From positions 8,448,001 through 8,512,000 of the forward strand of contig JASGJH010000001.1 in NCBI GenBank assembly GCA_047601445.1: a DNA stretch of 64,000 nt, written 5' to 3'. Under the pieces are notes generated by a model. It did no database searches. It worked only from the letters and a program-made list of their open reading frames with translations, and was not told the origin of the DNA. This document shows, one piece after another, positions 1 to 10,795 of the stretch. Position 1 is the first letter of the stretch. Every line of letters starts with the position of its first letter. The stretch is from Myxococcales bacterium (GTDB lineage Bacteria > Myxococcota_A > Polyangia > Polyangiales > DASUME01). The position numbers and the translations under genes were made by a program.

Positions 1-1198
1 GACCCGACCACACCGCGCCGGTGCGCACCAGCGGGGCATAGGGTGTCAGCGAGAGGGCGATGTCCTTGCCTGGAAAGTCGGGCAAGATAGGCAGCGCCGT
101 GAGCAAGCCGTAGCCGATGGCCAGCTTGGCAAACAGGCCGAACACCAGGGCCTCGCGGCTTAGCCACGACGTGCGCAGCCCGAGCACCGCGCGGTAGGCC
201 AGCAACGGACGTCCCAGATGGAACACGCTGGCACCGAGCGCGGCCAGGGTCACGACACAGGCATAGAGCGATTGCAGCAGGCCGCTGCCGATGGGCGCGC
301 CTGCCAGCTGCTGCGCGGCGTAGGCCACTACGAAGGCGCCCACGGCGAGCTGGGTGAGCGTGAGCATGATGACGAGCGGGGGATGCGAGTGCTCTGAGCG
401 CGTGTGATAGAAGTCGGCCGGACGCAGGTTGCTGGGGAGCGCGCGCTGGGTCTTGTACTGCGTGGTCGGCAGCGTGTGCTCGGGGTCCGGCGCGCCGGGG
501 ACGAACATGCCCACGTCGCTCGAGGCCACGATGCTCTCCTGGTCCACGACGCGGATGGAAATGGCGCCGTTCGGGCAGGACTGCACGCAGGCGGGAGCCT
601 CACCGTGGGCGAGGCGATCGCTGCACATGTCGCACTTGCGCACGATGCCGCGCTCCGCGTTGTACTTGGGCGCGTCGTAGGGACACATCAACGTGCAGTA
701 CTGGCAACCGAAGCACTGGTCGTCCAAGTGCTTCACGATGCCCGTCACCGGGTCCTTCTCGTACGCCTTGGTGGGGCAGCCGAGCATGCACGCGGGCTCC
801 ACACAGTGATGACACGAGGTGGTGATGGTCTGCTGGACCGGCGCCTTGTTGGTGCCTCCGTGGACCAGGCCTACCGTGCGCCAGAGCTCATCCTTGTCGA
901 GGCCGTTGAGGTTGTGGCAAGCGACCACGCAAGCCTTGCAGCCCGTACAGGCATCGAGGTCGACCTCGAAGGCGTACTGCTGACCTGGCTGCGGCTTCTC
1001 GAAGGGAATGAGGTCGCGGTAGAACTTCTCGTGCAGCGGCGCGTCCGGCGACTCGTGCAGCTTCGCGAAGCGCTCCACGGCCGTCAGGCTGCGCTGGGTT
1101 TCCAGCAGCTGCTTCACCGGCAAGAGCGGGAGTCTGCGCTTGGCCTTCTTCTCCCCGGAGGCCAGGGCTGGCATCACCGAAGTGGATGGGCTGGTCAT
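1..1198 (-). CDS. 4Fe-4S dicluster protein fused to a DmsC/YnfH-type membrane anchor (molybdoenzyme partner); runs off the window's left edge
   Basis: Manual translation from ATG at 1198 (absent from the ORF track): DLDACTGCKACVVAC, SCHHCVEPACMLGCP, CFGCQYCTLMCPY, KCDMCSDRL..PACVQSCP, then HPPLVIMLTLTQLAVGAF and hydrophobic helices. Confidence 0.88.
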   Translation of the reverse strand, partial: MTSPSTSVMPALASGEKKAKRRLPLLPVKQLLETQRSLTAVERFAKLHESPDAPLHEKFYRDLIPFEKPQPGQQYAFEVDLDACTGCKACVVACHNLNGLDKDELWRTVGLVHGGTNKAPVQQTITTSCHHCVEPACMLGCPTKAYEKDPVTGIVKHLDDQCFGCQYCTLMCPYDAPKYNAERGIVRKCDMCSDRLAHGEAPACVQSCPNGAISIRVVDQESIVASSDVGMFVPGAPDPEHTLPTTQYKTQRALPSNLRPADFYHTRSEHSHPPLVIMLTLTQLAVGAFVVAYAAQQLAGAPIGSGLLQSLYACVVTLAALGASVFHLGRPLLAYRAVLGLRTSWLSREALVFGLFAKLAIGYGLLTALPILPDFPGKDIALSLTPYAPLVRTGAVWSG

Positions 1199-1281
1199 GG
1201 ACACCCCGCCTTTTGGGCGAGAAACACACAAGAAATACTGGGCAAATTGGACTGCATGAGGGGCTCGCGACGCTTTCTAAA

Positions 1282-1298
1282 AGCAAGTCGCATACCCA
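1282..1298 (-). promoter_or_regulatory. Putative sigma54 -24/-12 promoter
   Basis: Minus strand TGGGTATGCGACTTGCT = GG-N10-GC with TTGCT, about 85 bp upstream of the Fe-S/DmsC ATG; palindrome CCGACA-N4-TGTCGG at 1352-1367 may be the activator site. Confidence 0.6.
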
Positions 1299-1567
1299 GC
1301 TGCAACAGGGGCTTTTCTCGGGATTTTCATGCGGCGCCGGGGGGCGCCAATCCGACAGTTTTGTCGGTCTCGAACGAGCCTGTGAGGTCGGCTTCCGGCA
1401 TGTTTCCGAGACTTGTCGAGTCGGCAGCGGAGACGGGGAGCGCCAAACGCAACGCGAGAGCGGTCTTCGGGCTCAAAACGCGCCGGCGACGGCAGGTAGC
1501 GATCCTCGGCAGAAGGCGCGACTGCGCCTTGACCTCCGCTTGGTCGGCGACGTGGACTTTGACCTGA

Positions 1568-1632
1568 ACGGCGACGGCGTGCGTGAGCGTCCAATTCTCA
1601 GCCTCGAAGGCGCTCACGCACGCCGTCGCCGT
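1568..1632. repeat. 22-bp perfect inverted repeat (long hairpin, REP-like or terminator)
   Basis: ACGGCGACGGCGTGCGTGAGCG (1568-1589) and its reverse complement at 1611-1632, downstream of ppk2. Confidence 0.75.
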
Positions 1633-1718
1633 CAAAGTCGTCGTCCGTCAAAGATCACGACCACCACCACGATTACGCCGACGACCTGCAACGGTCTGTC
1701 GGCGATCCGCGCAAGCCT

Positions 1719-2630
1719 CTACCCGTACACCTTGGGCACGTACATCTCGGGCGGGAACGTCTTGCGCTCGTAATCGGGGTCGAACACGCGGTCGGGCAGC
1801 GACAAGTGTTCTTGCTCGATCTCGACGTACGGGATCTGCTTGAGCAGGTGATCGATGCAGTTCAGTCGGGCCCGCTTCTTGTCGTTGCCCTCCACGATGA
1901 ACCAGTGCGCCTCGGAGATGTTGGTGCGCTCCAGCATCGCTTCCTTGGCCTCGGTGTAGTCCTCCCAGCAGACGCGCGCCTGCAGGTCCATGGGGCTCAA
2001 CTTCCACTGCTTCATCGGGTCGTGGATGCGCATCAGGAAGCGCAGCTGCTGCTCCTGGTCGGTGATCGAGAACCAGTACTTGAGCAAGATGATGCCCGAG
2101 CGCACCAGCATGCGCTCGAACTCGGGCACGTCGTGGAAGAACTGCTCGACCTGCTCCTGCGTAGCGAAGCCCATCACGCGCTCCACCCCAGCTCGGTTGT
2201 ACCAGGAGCGATCGAACAGCACGATCTCGCCGCCCGCGGGCAAGTGGGACACGTAGCGCTGGAAGTACCACTGCGTCCTCTCGCGCTCGGTCGGGGCCGG
2301 CAGCGCGACCACGCGGCAGACGCGCGGGTTGAGCCGCTGGGTGATGCGCTTGATCACGCCGCCCTTGCCGGCCGAGTCGCGCCCTTCGAACAGGACCACG
2401 ACTTTGGCCTTGGTGTGTGCGACCCAGGTCTGCAGCTTGATCAGCTCGGCCTGCAGCTGGAGTAGATGTCGGAAGTACTCACGACGATCGATCGAAGACG
2501 GGTGGTGCTGCCTGTAGATCCTGCGGATCTCATCGGAGAGAGCAGGCTCGGAGAGCTCGAGCTCGTAGTCCTCGTCGAGGCTGTCGGCTAGCTCGGCCTC
2601 GAGCCAGTCTTGATGGGGCGGTCGGTCCAT
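1719..2630 (-). CDS. ppk2: Polyphosphate kinase 2
   Basis: FEGRDSAGKGG, FDRSWYNRAGVERVMGF and WKLSPMD motifs; ATG at 2630 with GGAGG RBS. Confidence 0.95.
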   Translation of the reverse strand: MDRPPHQDWLEAELADSLDEDYELELSEPALSDEIRRIYRQHHPSSIDRREYFRHLLQLQAELIKLQTWVAHTKAKVVVLFEGRDSAGKGGVIKRITQRLNPRVCRVVALPAPTERERTQWYFQRYVSHLPAGGEIVLFDRSWYNRAGVERVMGFATQEQVEQFFHDVPEFERMLVRSGIILLKYWFSITDQEQQLRFLMRIHDPMKQWKLSPMDLQARVCWEDYTEAKEAMLERTNISEAHWFIVEGNDKKRARLNCIDHLLKQIPYVEIEQEHLSLPDRVFDPDYERKTFPPEMYVPKVYG

Positions 2631-2643
2631 GGTGGCCTCCGGA

Positions 2644-3141
2644 TCATCCCGTCCGTGGGCGCTCAGCAAAGCGCATTCGGATCATCTCCACGGCCTCGGC
2701 GCGCTCGGCGGGCGAGCCGAAGCGCTTGTCGTCGAGGTATGGCGCCATGAAGGAGAGCGCCTCGTGAATCGACGAGCAGACTTTCTTGGGGATTTTGTTG
2801 GCGGACGTCATGGTGATGGCGGCCATGATCCCGCGCACGGCCGCGGCCGCAAAGCCCGTGCCCTGGTAGGCATAGGCAAGGCAATTGCAGCGTTCCATGG
2901 TGGCTGACGCCAGGATGTCGAGTCTACGCCGGGCGGCTTGCTCCGGCAGTGGCGCCGAAGGCTCCACCACGATTAGCGCGGCGAACGGCCCAGGGTCCTG
3001 CCGATGAAGGCGTTGCAAGATCGCCATGTGCTCGTCGACCGCTTGGAGGCGTGTCTCGTGCCACCACTGAACGATGAGGTTGTTCCAGCGGGCGAAGCAG
3101 TTGTTGGGGCCGAGCGCCAAGATCTCGGGTGGGTTGACCAT
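2644..3141 (-). CDS. Hypothetical protein (small alpha/beta, STAS/SEC14-like myxobacterial family)
   Basis: 165-aa ORF directly upstream of ppk2; pattern LIVVE..APLP...AYAYQGTGFAAAAVR. Confidence 0.6.
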   Translation of the reverse strand: MVNPPEILALGPNNCFARWNNLIVQWWHETRLQAVDEHMAILQRLHRQDPGPFAALIVVEPSAPLPEQAARRRLDILASATMERCNCLAYAYQGTGFAAAAVRGIMAAITMTSANKIPKKVCSSIHEALSFMAPYLDDKRFGSPAERAEAVEMIRMRFAERPRTG

Positions 3142-3273
3142 TCGAATAAGCTACCCCGCTGGAGCACTCGCTTCGCGCAGGGGTCAGCGGATACACGGTT
3201 CTGTCCCGCCAGTAAGCAGGAAGCGAGCGTTCCTTCGGGCACGAGACCCGGGCGCTGACTTTGTCAGCGCCGG

Positions 3274-6139
3274 CTAGGCCTGGCCTTGAGGACCCCACTG
3301 CGTCTGCCGCGGTGAAGACGGGTCTGCCCTGCGGGAACCGCTCAGGGCCTCGCGGACACGCTGCAAGAGCGCCCTGGGGACGAAGGGCTTCTGCAAGATT
3401 TGCGGTGCCAAGTCACCCATCGAGCAGCCCGCTACCGCGGTGTCCGTGTAGCCCGACATGAACAAGACCGGGAGACCCGGATGGGTGCGGAGGAGTTCCC
3501 TGGCGAGTTCGGGACCGGAGCAACCCGGCATCATGACGTCGGTGAGCAGCAGGTCGATTCGCTCGCGGGTCTTGTGGACCAGGCGCAGCGCGCTCTCGCC
3601 GCTGTCGGCCGCGAGCACCCGGTAGCCGTGGGACGAGAGAACCCGCCGGGAGAGCTCGCGCACGGCCGGGTCGTCCTCCGCGAGAAGCACCGTCTCGGAC
3701 CCGTGGACCACCGAGAGCCTTTCGACGCGGGAGGCCGGGGCCGGCTTGGTTTCACCGCTGGCCGCAGGGAGGAGCAGCTCGAAGGAGCTTCCCTTACCGA
3801 GCTGAGTCTCGACGAGCACGGCGCCGCCGCACTGCTTGATGATGCCGTACACGGTGGAGAGGCCGAGCCCGGTTCCTTTGCCGCGGTCCTTGGTCGTAAA
3901 GAACGGCTCGAAAATGCGCGCGGGGGTCGACGGATCCATCCCGACGCCGGTGTCCACCACCTTGATGCGCACGTAGGATCCGGGTAGCAGCTCGGTGCCA
4001 TCGTCGGCAATGAGCTCGGCGGGGCCGAGGGTCACATCGCTCGTTTCGAGCGAGAGCACACCGCCGCTCGGCATCGCGTCGCGCGCGTTCACTGCCAAGT
4101 TCATGATCACCTGTTCCAGCTGATTGGGGTCCACGCGCACGTGACCGAGCTGCGGGGCCAAGCTGCGCTCGATGCGAATGCGCGCATCCAGTAGGCGGCG
4201 GAGCAAAGGTTCCAGTCCCTCGAGTAGCGTATTGACGTCCACGTCGCGCGCCTCGACCACTTGCTTGCGGCTGAAGGCGAGGAGCTGTTTGGTGAGCGCG
4301 GTACCGCGTTCGGCTGCAGCGTGGATCTGCTCGAGCTCGTTGCGCATGGCATCGCCAGGCCGCAGGCGCATCAGGGCCAGCTCGCTGAACCCCAAGAGTC
4401 CGGTCAGCAAATTGTTGAAATCGTGCGCTACGCCACCCGCAAGCCGGCCGATGGCCTCCATCTTTTGCGCCTGGCGCAGTTGGTCGGCGGTGGTTCGCAG
4501 GACTCGCTCGGCCTCTTGCCGTTCACGCAGGTCGTGGGCTACGAGCGCATAGAAATCGAGGCTCTCCTTCTCCTTTCTCGCGATCACGACCTGCTGCACC
4601 GGAATCGGCGTTCCGTCGCGATGCAGAAGCGAGATCTCGCCGCTCCAGGCGCCCATGCTCACGGCTCGAGCCAAGAATCTCTCCCGGCAAGCGTGCGCGC
4701 TCGGGTTCGGCGTGCAGGTCGGACATCGTCAGTTGTGTTGGGTCGAAGGATTCGTCGAACCCAAGCAGTCGACGTCCCGCAGGGTTGAGGTAGATCAGCT
4801 GACCCTCGGCGTCGGCCAGCGCAACAAGTTCGGTGGTGGCCTCCACGACGGCTGCCAGCCTGTCACGCGCGAGCTCGGCCTTGCGACGTACCTCGATGTC
4901 CTCCAACAGCGCGAGCGAGCCCACCGTGCGCCCGCTGGCATCAATCAAGGGAGCCGCGGAGACGCGAACCTGGAGCAGGCTGCCATCACGGCGCAGGCGC
5001 AAAGTTTCGTACGGGGAGGTCGGCGTACTGGACTCCCGCACGCGCTTCCATTCTTGCTCGAACTCCGCCGTCAATGGCGGCGGCACGATGGGCAAGGGCC
5101 GACCCAGCACCTCGTCGGGGCGATAGCCGAACATGCGCTCGGCTGCTGGATTCCAGGCCGTCACACGGGCCGACTCATCGATGGCGACGGTGGCGAGCGG
5201 AGAGGAATGAACGACTGCCCGATGTAGCTGGAGGGCCGTTTCCAGGCGTTCTACGAGGGCGGCGCGCTCGACGGTGGCGGTTCCGATGACCAGTCCGACC
5301 AGGGCCACGGACGCCAGCGTGACCTGCAGGTGCAAGACGGTTTCGCTCGGGATAGGACGAACGAGTGGTCCGACCCCGAAGAAGACGAGCACAGTGGCGA
5401 GCAGGTATAGGAGTGCAACGGCCACGGTGCCCCCGCGCAAACCAAAACGCAGGGCGCACCAGATCAAGGGCGGATACGCGAGGCTAGGTCGGCCGAAAAC
5501 GGGCGTGAAGCCAAGCAGAGCAAAGCTCACGAGCGTCGAGAACGCCAGCACCCGTTCGGGCCATGGACGGCGTTGCTCGCTTCCGACGTCGGCCCGGCGG
5601 AACGTCGCGGCGAGCGGTACGGTTAGCATCGCGCCCAGAGTGTCTGCCAACCACCAGTGGAGCAGGCTGCCGAAGGGGGCGGATTGCGTTGCGCCCAGCA
5701 AGCCGAGTACTCGGAAGCCGGCGCTGACGGCGGCGCCCAGTGCGCACGCGACGGCCAAGCGGCGCAGGTCGAGGAGTCTCAGCAGTTGAGGGTCGAACTG
5801 AGGCCGTCGACGCAGGAACATCGCGCTACAGACAGGGCCGAGCACATCCCCGAACCAGGTGGTCGCTGCTCCTTGCAGAGGTGTTCGCCAGAGCGATACG
5901 ATCAGCGCCCCGCATGCGACTCCTGGCAGCGCATCGCGTCCGCGCCACAGCAGTGCCGTCACCGCCACTCCGGCCGGAAGCCATACCGCACACAAGCGCT
6001 GAGGACCTAGCGCGATGACATTGTTCAGCACTGCGGCTGCGACGTAAGAGGAGGCAATAAGAGCTGCCTCGAGCACGCGAAAGCCGCCGGCTCGCAATCG
6101 GCTGTTTGGCAGGCTGGGCCGTTCGGACCGAACATCCAT
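3274..6139 (-). pseudogene. MASE1-PAS-PAS-histidine kinase-receiver hybrid sensor split by one frameshift near 4675-4690 (pseudogene or sequencing error)
   Basis: 5' ORF: MASE1 (VWLPAGVAV, WWLADTLG, WCALRFG) plus PAS; 3' ORF continues the second PAS (WSGEISLLHRDGTPIPV), then H-box LAGGVAHDFNNLL, NLAVNARDAMP, GKGTGLGLS and receiver DLLLTDVMMPG. Confidence 0.8.
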
Positions 6140-6388
6140 GGGTTCATCTGTTTTCGTCCAGCACCCGTCCAAAACTTACTCGCCTTGGAAGGTGACGACA
6201 CCTGTAACACTCAGGGGCAATGCTCGCGGCGTCATGGTTCCATGCGACAAGTTACGGCGTCGTCCCGCCAAGCGAGCAAGGGTTGCTCTTGCGAACCGGT
6301 GCACGCGGAGCGTGGTGCGCCGGCTTTCATCGGGGCGCGACGTCCATCCGGCAGCATGTGTCGGCGCCTGTGTGGAATGGCTCTGGAT

Positions 6389-6410
6389 TTTCTAAGGAAT
6401 TTCTAAGGAA
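6389..6410. promoter_or_regulatory. 11-bp perfect tandem direct repeat, candidate winged-helix regulator box
   Basis: TTTCTAAGGAA twice in the divergent intergenic region between the kinase and the PAS protein. Confidence 0.5.
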
Positions 6411-6510
6411 CGATGGAGGTTCCGCGATAACAGGAGAACGCTGTCTGTTTCGACGGGCTGCGTGCTTTTCCTTCAACCAGCGAGGCCCTTCTTTCCACGA
6501 ACCTGATCCC

Positions 6511-7119
6511 ATGACGCTCGTTGCCAACACCATTCGCAAGGTCTCAGCTCGAGAGGCGGGACTGATGGTCGTCAGTCCGGCAGGCGCGATCCGCCAGGCC
6601 AACGCTGCAGCCCATCGCACGCTCGGATACGATCAAGGCGCCTTGATCGGCCTCTCGCTCGCCTGGCTCGTGCCACCTTCCCGCCACGACCTGTTGACGA
6701 AGCTCGATGTCGCGCTGGGGCGCTCGACACCCTTGTACGTCGAGAGCGTGTTCATGCGTGAAGACGGAACTCAGCTCAACGTCGACCTCGTGCTCGAAGC
6801 GCGGAGCGGACGGCGGGAGCTGTCGCTGACCGTCGAGGTAGAGGAGGAGGAAGTCGAGCCGGTGCGTTGGCTGCCGCAGAGGTACGTGCTGCCCGTGAGC
6901 GATGTCGCGCCCAAACCGACGCAGCGCGTCGACTTGGGCGATCACCTGAGCGATTGCATCCAGCTACTCGCCTGGTTGGATTCGCACGTGAAGGACGCGA
7001 CGACCGAGGAGCTCGCTCGCCAGCGCGCTCGTGTGCGGGCCGTGCTGCAAGATGCGAACGGTCTGCTCGAGGACTGCAGAGCGGAACTCGCTCGCACGAA
7101 GATCGCGCTGAGATTTTGA
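6511..7119 (+). CDS. PAS-domain protein
   Basis: IRQANAAAHRTLGY..ALIGLSLAWLVP and REDGT PAS signature; helical C-terminus; start taken at ATG 6511. Confidence 0.65.
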   Translation: MTLVANTIRKVSAREAGLMVVSPAGAIRQANAAAHRTLGYDQGALIGLSLAWLVPPSRHDLLTKLDVALGRSTPLYVESVFMREDGTQLNVDLVLEARSGRRELSLTVEVEEEEVEPVRWLPQRYVLPVSDVAPKPTQRVDLGDHLSDCIQLLAWLDSHVKDATTEELARQRARVRAVLQDANGLLEDCRAELARTKIALRF

Positions 7120-7424
7120 CCTGAACAAACGAGGAGGCGCTCGCCCCGACGGTCGTCGAAGCGCTTCATCAGCGTCCTCAGCGGAGCTCGAAGTAAACTT
7201 TCGACCGGGTCTCGCGACGCGCGCGTAGCGGGCGTGCAACATGCGCAGCGAGCCCGCGATCGTCGTGCCATTCCGCTTGCAGTGCTCCCAGGTACGCATG
7301 TGCGTTCACCCCTGCCTGAGCATTGCTATCTCGGAACGGCTCAGTCTAACGTGAGCCTCCTCAGCAATCTTCTCCCCCAACGCTCGCGCGACGCCGACGC
7401 GTCGACAGCCAGGAGTGAAGTCTT

Positions 7425-10367
7425 ATGAAGAAGTACCGAAACGGTGCAAAATCATTCATTGCCGCGTGCTTCGTGCTCTCGGCTGCCGGTTGCGGAGACG
7501 ACGCTAGCAACGCCGAGGTCGGTGGCCAGGAGCAGGCCCTGACGGCCGTGCCGCAGCCCAGTAGGCCCTACACGTTGTTCGAAAGTCTGCAGGTGCGTCC
7601 GCTCGCGCTCTCTCCCAATGGCAAGTTCTTGTTCGCTGCCAACACCGCGGACAATCGCCTCGAGATGTTCAGCGTCAGCGCGAGTGGCCTCAGCCCCGCT
7701 GGCTCGGTCAGCGTGGGCCTCGAACCGGTCGCAGTGGCAGCACGCAGCGATAGTGAGATCTGGGTCGTCAATCATCTCTCGGACTCGGTGAGCGTGGTCA
7801 AGCTCGAGGCCGGCAACAAGCTGCGCGTCGTGCGCACGCTGCACGTGGGCGACGAGCCGCGCGATATCGTGTTCGCCGGACCGGGCAAGAGTCGTGCGTT
7901 CATCACCACGGCCCATCGCGGACAGAACGGCGATGACCCTCAGTTGTTCGACTCTGCCGCGGGTCGCGCGGACGTTTGGGTCTACGATGCCAACAACCTC
8001 GGCATCGCTGCAGGTGGCAGTCGACTCACCAAGATCACCTTGTTCGCAGACACGCCACGTGCCCTCGCTGCGAGCGCAGACGGGTCGCGGGTCTATGCGG
8101 CCCCCTTCTTCTCGGGCAACCAGACCACCATGGCCTCCAAGGATGCCGTGCGTCACGTCTACGCGAGCTCGGTCAATCCCGCCAATCCCAACGTCTTCCT
8201 CGTCAATGGACAACCCACGCCCATCACCGGCCGCGTCGTGAAGTACAAGGCGGGTCCGGATGGGCAGTTCCACTGGTTCGATGACCTGGGCACCAATTTC
8301 GACGCCTGGGTGCGCGTCCAGCTACCGGACAACGACGTATTCAGTATCGACGCCAATGCGCTGATCCCCTACGCGATCACCAACAAGACCTTCGCGCACC
8401 TCGGCACCACCCTGTTCAACATGGCCGTCAATCCGGTGAACGGGAAGGTGTACGTGGCCAACACCGAGGCGCACAACGACGTGCGCTTCGAGGGGCACAA
8501 CCCGACCCTGCCGGTGACGTCGGTGCGCGGCCGCACGGTCGACAGTCGCATCAGCGTGCTCGACCCCGGGACGGGCGGCGTGGTGCACAACGACCTGAAC
8601 CGCCATGTGGTGAACGGCGTGGGCGATGGCAGCCTGAGCCGTGCGTTCCCGCAGGATCTCGGCGTCACTTCGAACGGGCAGACGTTGGTGGTGGTGGCCC
8701 AAGGTAGCGGCAAGCTCGCCGTCTATGCCACCAGCGAGCTCGAAGCTGGCACCGCGATGCCGACCGCCAGCAACCAGGTGGTGCTCTCGGCCGGCGGTCC
8801 GGCCGGTGTCGTGCTCGACGAGCGCAACAACCGCGCCTACGTGTTGACCCGTTTCGACAACGGTATCTCCACGGTCAGCCTCGCATCACGCAGCGAAATC
8901 GCTCACCGACGCATGTTCAGCCCGGAGCCGGCCGTGGTCACAGAGGGCCGGCGCTTCCTCTACGATGCAGCCTTCACCTCGGAGAACGGCACCCAAGCCT
9001 GCGCCAGCTGCCACATCGGCGGTGACAACGATCAGCTCTCCTGGGACCTCGGAAACCCTGGCGGCGCGGGCAACGAGATCACCAAGCTCGCGGCGAACAA
9101 GAGCGTCATTTGGACCGCGCCGCCCGAGGTCATCTTGCAGACTCGCCCGCTCGCCGGGCCCATCTTCGAGCGCGCCGCCGCGCTCAAGGGGCCGATGAGC
9201 ACCCAGAGCCTGCGCGGTCTCGACAATCACGGGTCCATGCACTGGCGAGGCGATCGCAACGGCGCCATCCAGCAGAACGGACAGCCCTTCATCGATCCAG
9301 GCACGGGGCAACCCGTGGTGTCCGCGCAACCGAACGCGGGCATCTTCGACGAGTTCCGCGCCTTCGAGTCGTTCAACGTGGCCTTCCCCGGCCTGGTGGG
9401 TCGCAACGCCGAGCTCAGTTCCGCCGACATGGCCGCGTTCGCGGCCTTCGCGCTGGAGATCAGCTATCCGCCGAACCCCATTCGCAACCTGGACGACTCG
9501 CTGACGCTGGAGCAGGAGTACGGGCGTAGCGTGTACTTCCAGACCGATGCCCAGGGCAACGAGCTTCCGGTCGATCGCCTGCACAACTGCAACGGCTGCC
9601 ACACGCTCGACCGCAACGGCAACGCAGGTCAGACCGATCATCCCGGTTTCTTCGGCACCAGTGGGCGGCTCTCCTTCGAGAACTTGCCGCAGATCTTCAA
9701 GGTCGCGCACTTCCGCAACGCCTACACGAAGGTCGGCATGTTCGGCTCCTCGCCTGACGAAAACCGCACCTTCACCACCCAAGACCTGCTCAATCCGGCG
9801 GTCACCGCGGTGCGTGGCTTCGGCTATCAACCGGACGGCGCGGTGGGCTCCATCGAGCACCACCTCACGGGCAAAGTCTTCATCCGCACGGACTTCGAGA
9901 TCGAAGGCGCATCGCCGAATCCAGGCGGCATTCCCACCTTCTATTTCGACGCCGACAAGAACCCGGTGCTGCCGGACCCCGGGGGCTTCGTGGTGCGCCG
10001 CGGCCTCGCCGCATTCCTGCTCGCCTACGACAGCAACGTGCGACCCATCGTGGGGCAGCAGATCACGCTCAACCTGTTTAGCGCTGTGGCAGCGGGCGTG
10101 CGTATCGATCTGCTCAAGGCGCGCGCCCAGGCGGGTGACTGCGATCTGATCGTCAAGGGCATGATCAACGGGCGCGAGCGTGGCTATGTCTTCGAGAACG
10201 GCAAGTTCCGCCCGGACGACAGCAGCTCGCCCATCACGGACCTGCAGCTGCGGGCCATGGTGCCGCTGGCTACCGACGCGCTCACGTACACGTGCGTGCC
10301 GCCGGGCACCGGCTACCGCGTCGGCATCGACCGCGATGCGGACGGCATCGCAGACGGCAACGAGTGA
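7425..10367 (+). CDS. Lipoprotein with YVTN/YncE beta-propeller and di-heme cytochrome c region
   Basis: Lipobox AAGC; propeller repeats (VGLEPVAVA, VVNHLSDSVSVV, VGDEPRDIVF); two CxxCH motifs (CASCH, CNGCH); AGGAG RBS. Confidence 0.85.
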   Translation: MKKYRNGAKSFIAACFVLSAAGCGDDASNAEVGGQEQALTAVPQPSRPYTLFESLQVRPLALSPNGKFLFAANTADNRLEMFSVSASGLSPAGSVSVGLEPVAVAARSDSEIWVVNHLSDSVSVVKLEAGNKLRVVRTLHVGDEPRDIVFAGPGKSRAFITTAHRGQNGDDPQLFDSAAGRADVWVYDANNLGIAAGGSRLTKITLFADTPRALAASADGSRVYAAPFFSGNQTTMASKDAVRHVYASSVNPANPNVFLVNGQPTPITGRVVKYKAGPDGQFHWFDDLGTNFDAWVRVQLPDNDVFSIDANALIPYAITNKTFAHLGTTLFNMAVNPVNGKVYVANTEAHNDVRFEGHNPTLPVTSVRGRTVDSRISVLDPGTGGVVHNDLNRHVVNGVGDGSLSRAFPQDLGVTSNGQTLVVVAQGSGKLAVYATSELEAGTAMPTASNQVVLSAGGPAGVVLDERNNRAYVLTRFDNGISTVSLASRSEIAHRRMFSPEPAVVTEGRRFLYDAAFTSENGTQACASCHIGGDNDQLSWDLGNPGGAGNEITKLAANKSVIWTAPPEVILQTRPLAGPIFERAAALKGPMSTQSLRGLDNHGSMHWRGDRNGAIQQNGQPFIDPGTGQPVVSAQPNAGIFDEFRAFESFNVAFPGLVGRNAELSSADMAAFAAFALEISYPPNPIRNLDDSLTLEQEYGRSVYFQTDAQGNELPVDRLHNCNGCHTLDRNGNAGQTDHPGFFGTSGRLSFENLPQIFKVAHFRNAYTKVGMFGSSPDENRTFTTQDLLNPAVTAVRGFGYQPDGAVGSIEHHLTGKVFIRTDFEIEGASPNPGGIPTFYFDADKNPVLPDPGGFVVRRGLAAFLLAYDSNVRPIVGQQITLNLFSAVAAGVRIDLLKARAQAGDCDLIVKGMINGRERGYVFENGKFRPDDSSSPITDLQLRAMVPLATDALTYTCVPPGTGYRVGIDRDADGIADGNE

Positions 10368-10795
10368 CTCTGCTGCATGCCCGTGACCTCGAGGACCTCG
10401 AGGTCGGGCACGTCACGAGGTGATGACGTTGCTGCGCACCGGGGCGCCGGCGAGTCCCTATCAGGACGCGTTCGTGGTGCGAACGTTCTGAGCGCGGCTG
10501 GGGAGCAAGGCTTGGCTCGCACGGCGACGTGCATCGTGCGCGGCACGGTTGGTACAAAGCGCCGCGGGGCGTACCTCTTGAAGCACCAGAATAGTCGATT
10601 CGAGCCCGTCCCACGGTAGCGGGAGTTCGGGCACGGGACGCCAAGGCGAGGTCGACACGTCACCCGCAGGTGCTTGGGATCGCTCGGTTTTAATATTAGT
10701 CGCTATAACGCTAAATGGGCGAGCCGCGTCGCCATGGGCGGACGTGTTCTTCTGCAGCGGTGCCATGGCTACGCGAGCTGCTTGGCAAGGGCCAT

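Noticed and set aside
404..1567. 387-aa plus-strand ORF
   Set aside because: Antisense shadow of the Fe-S/DmsC gene; no motifs
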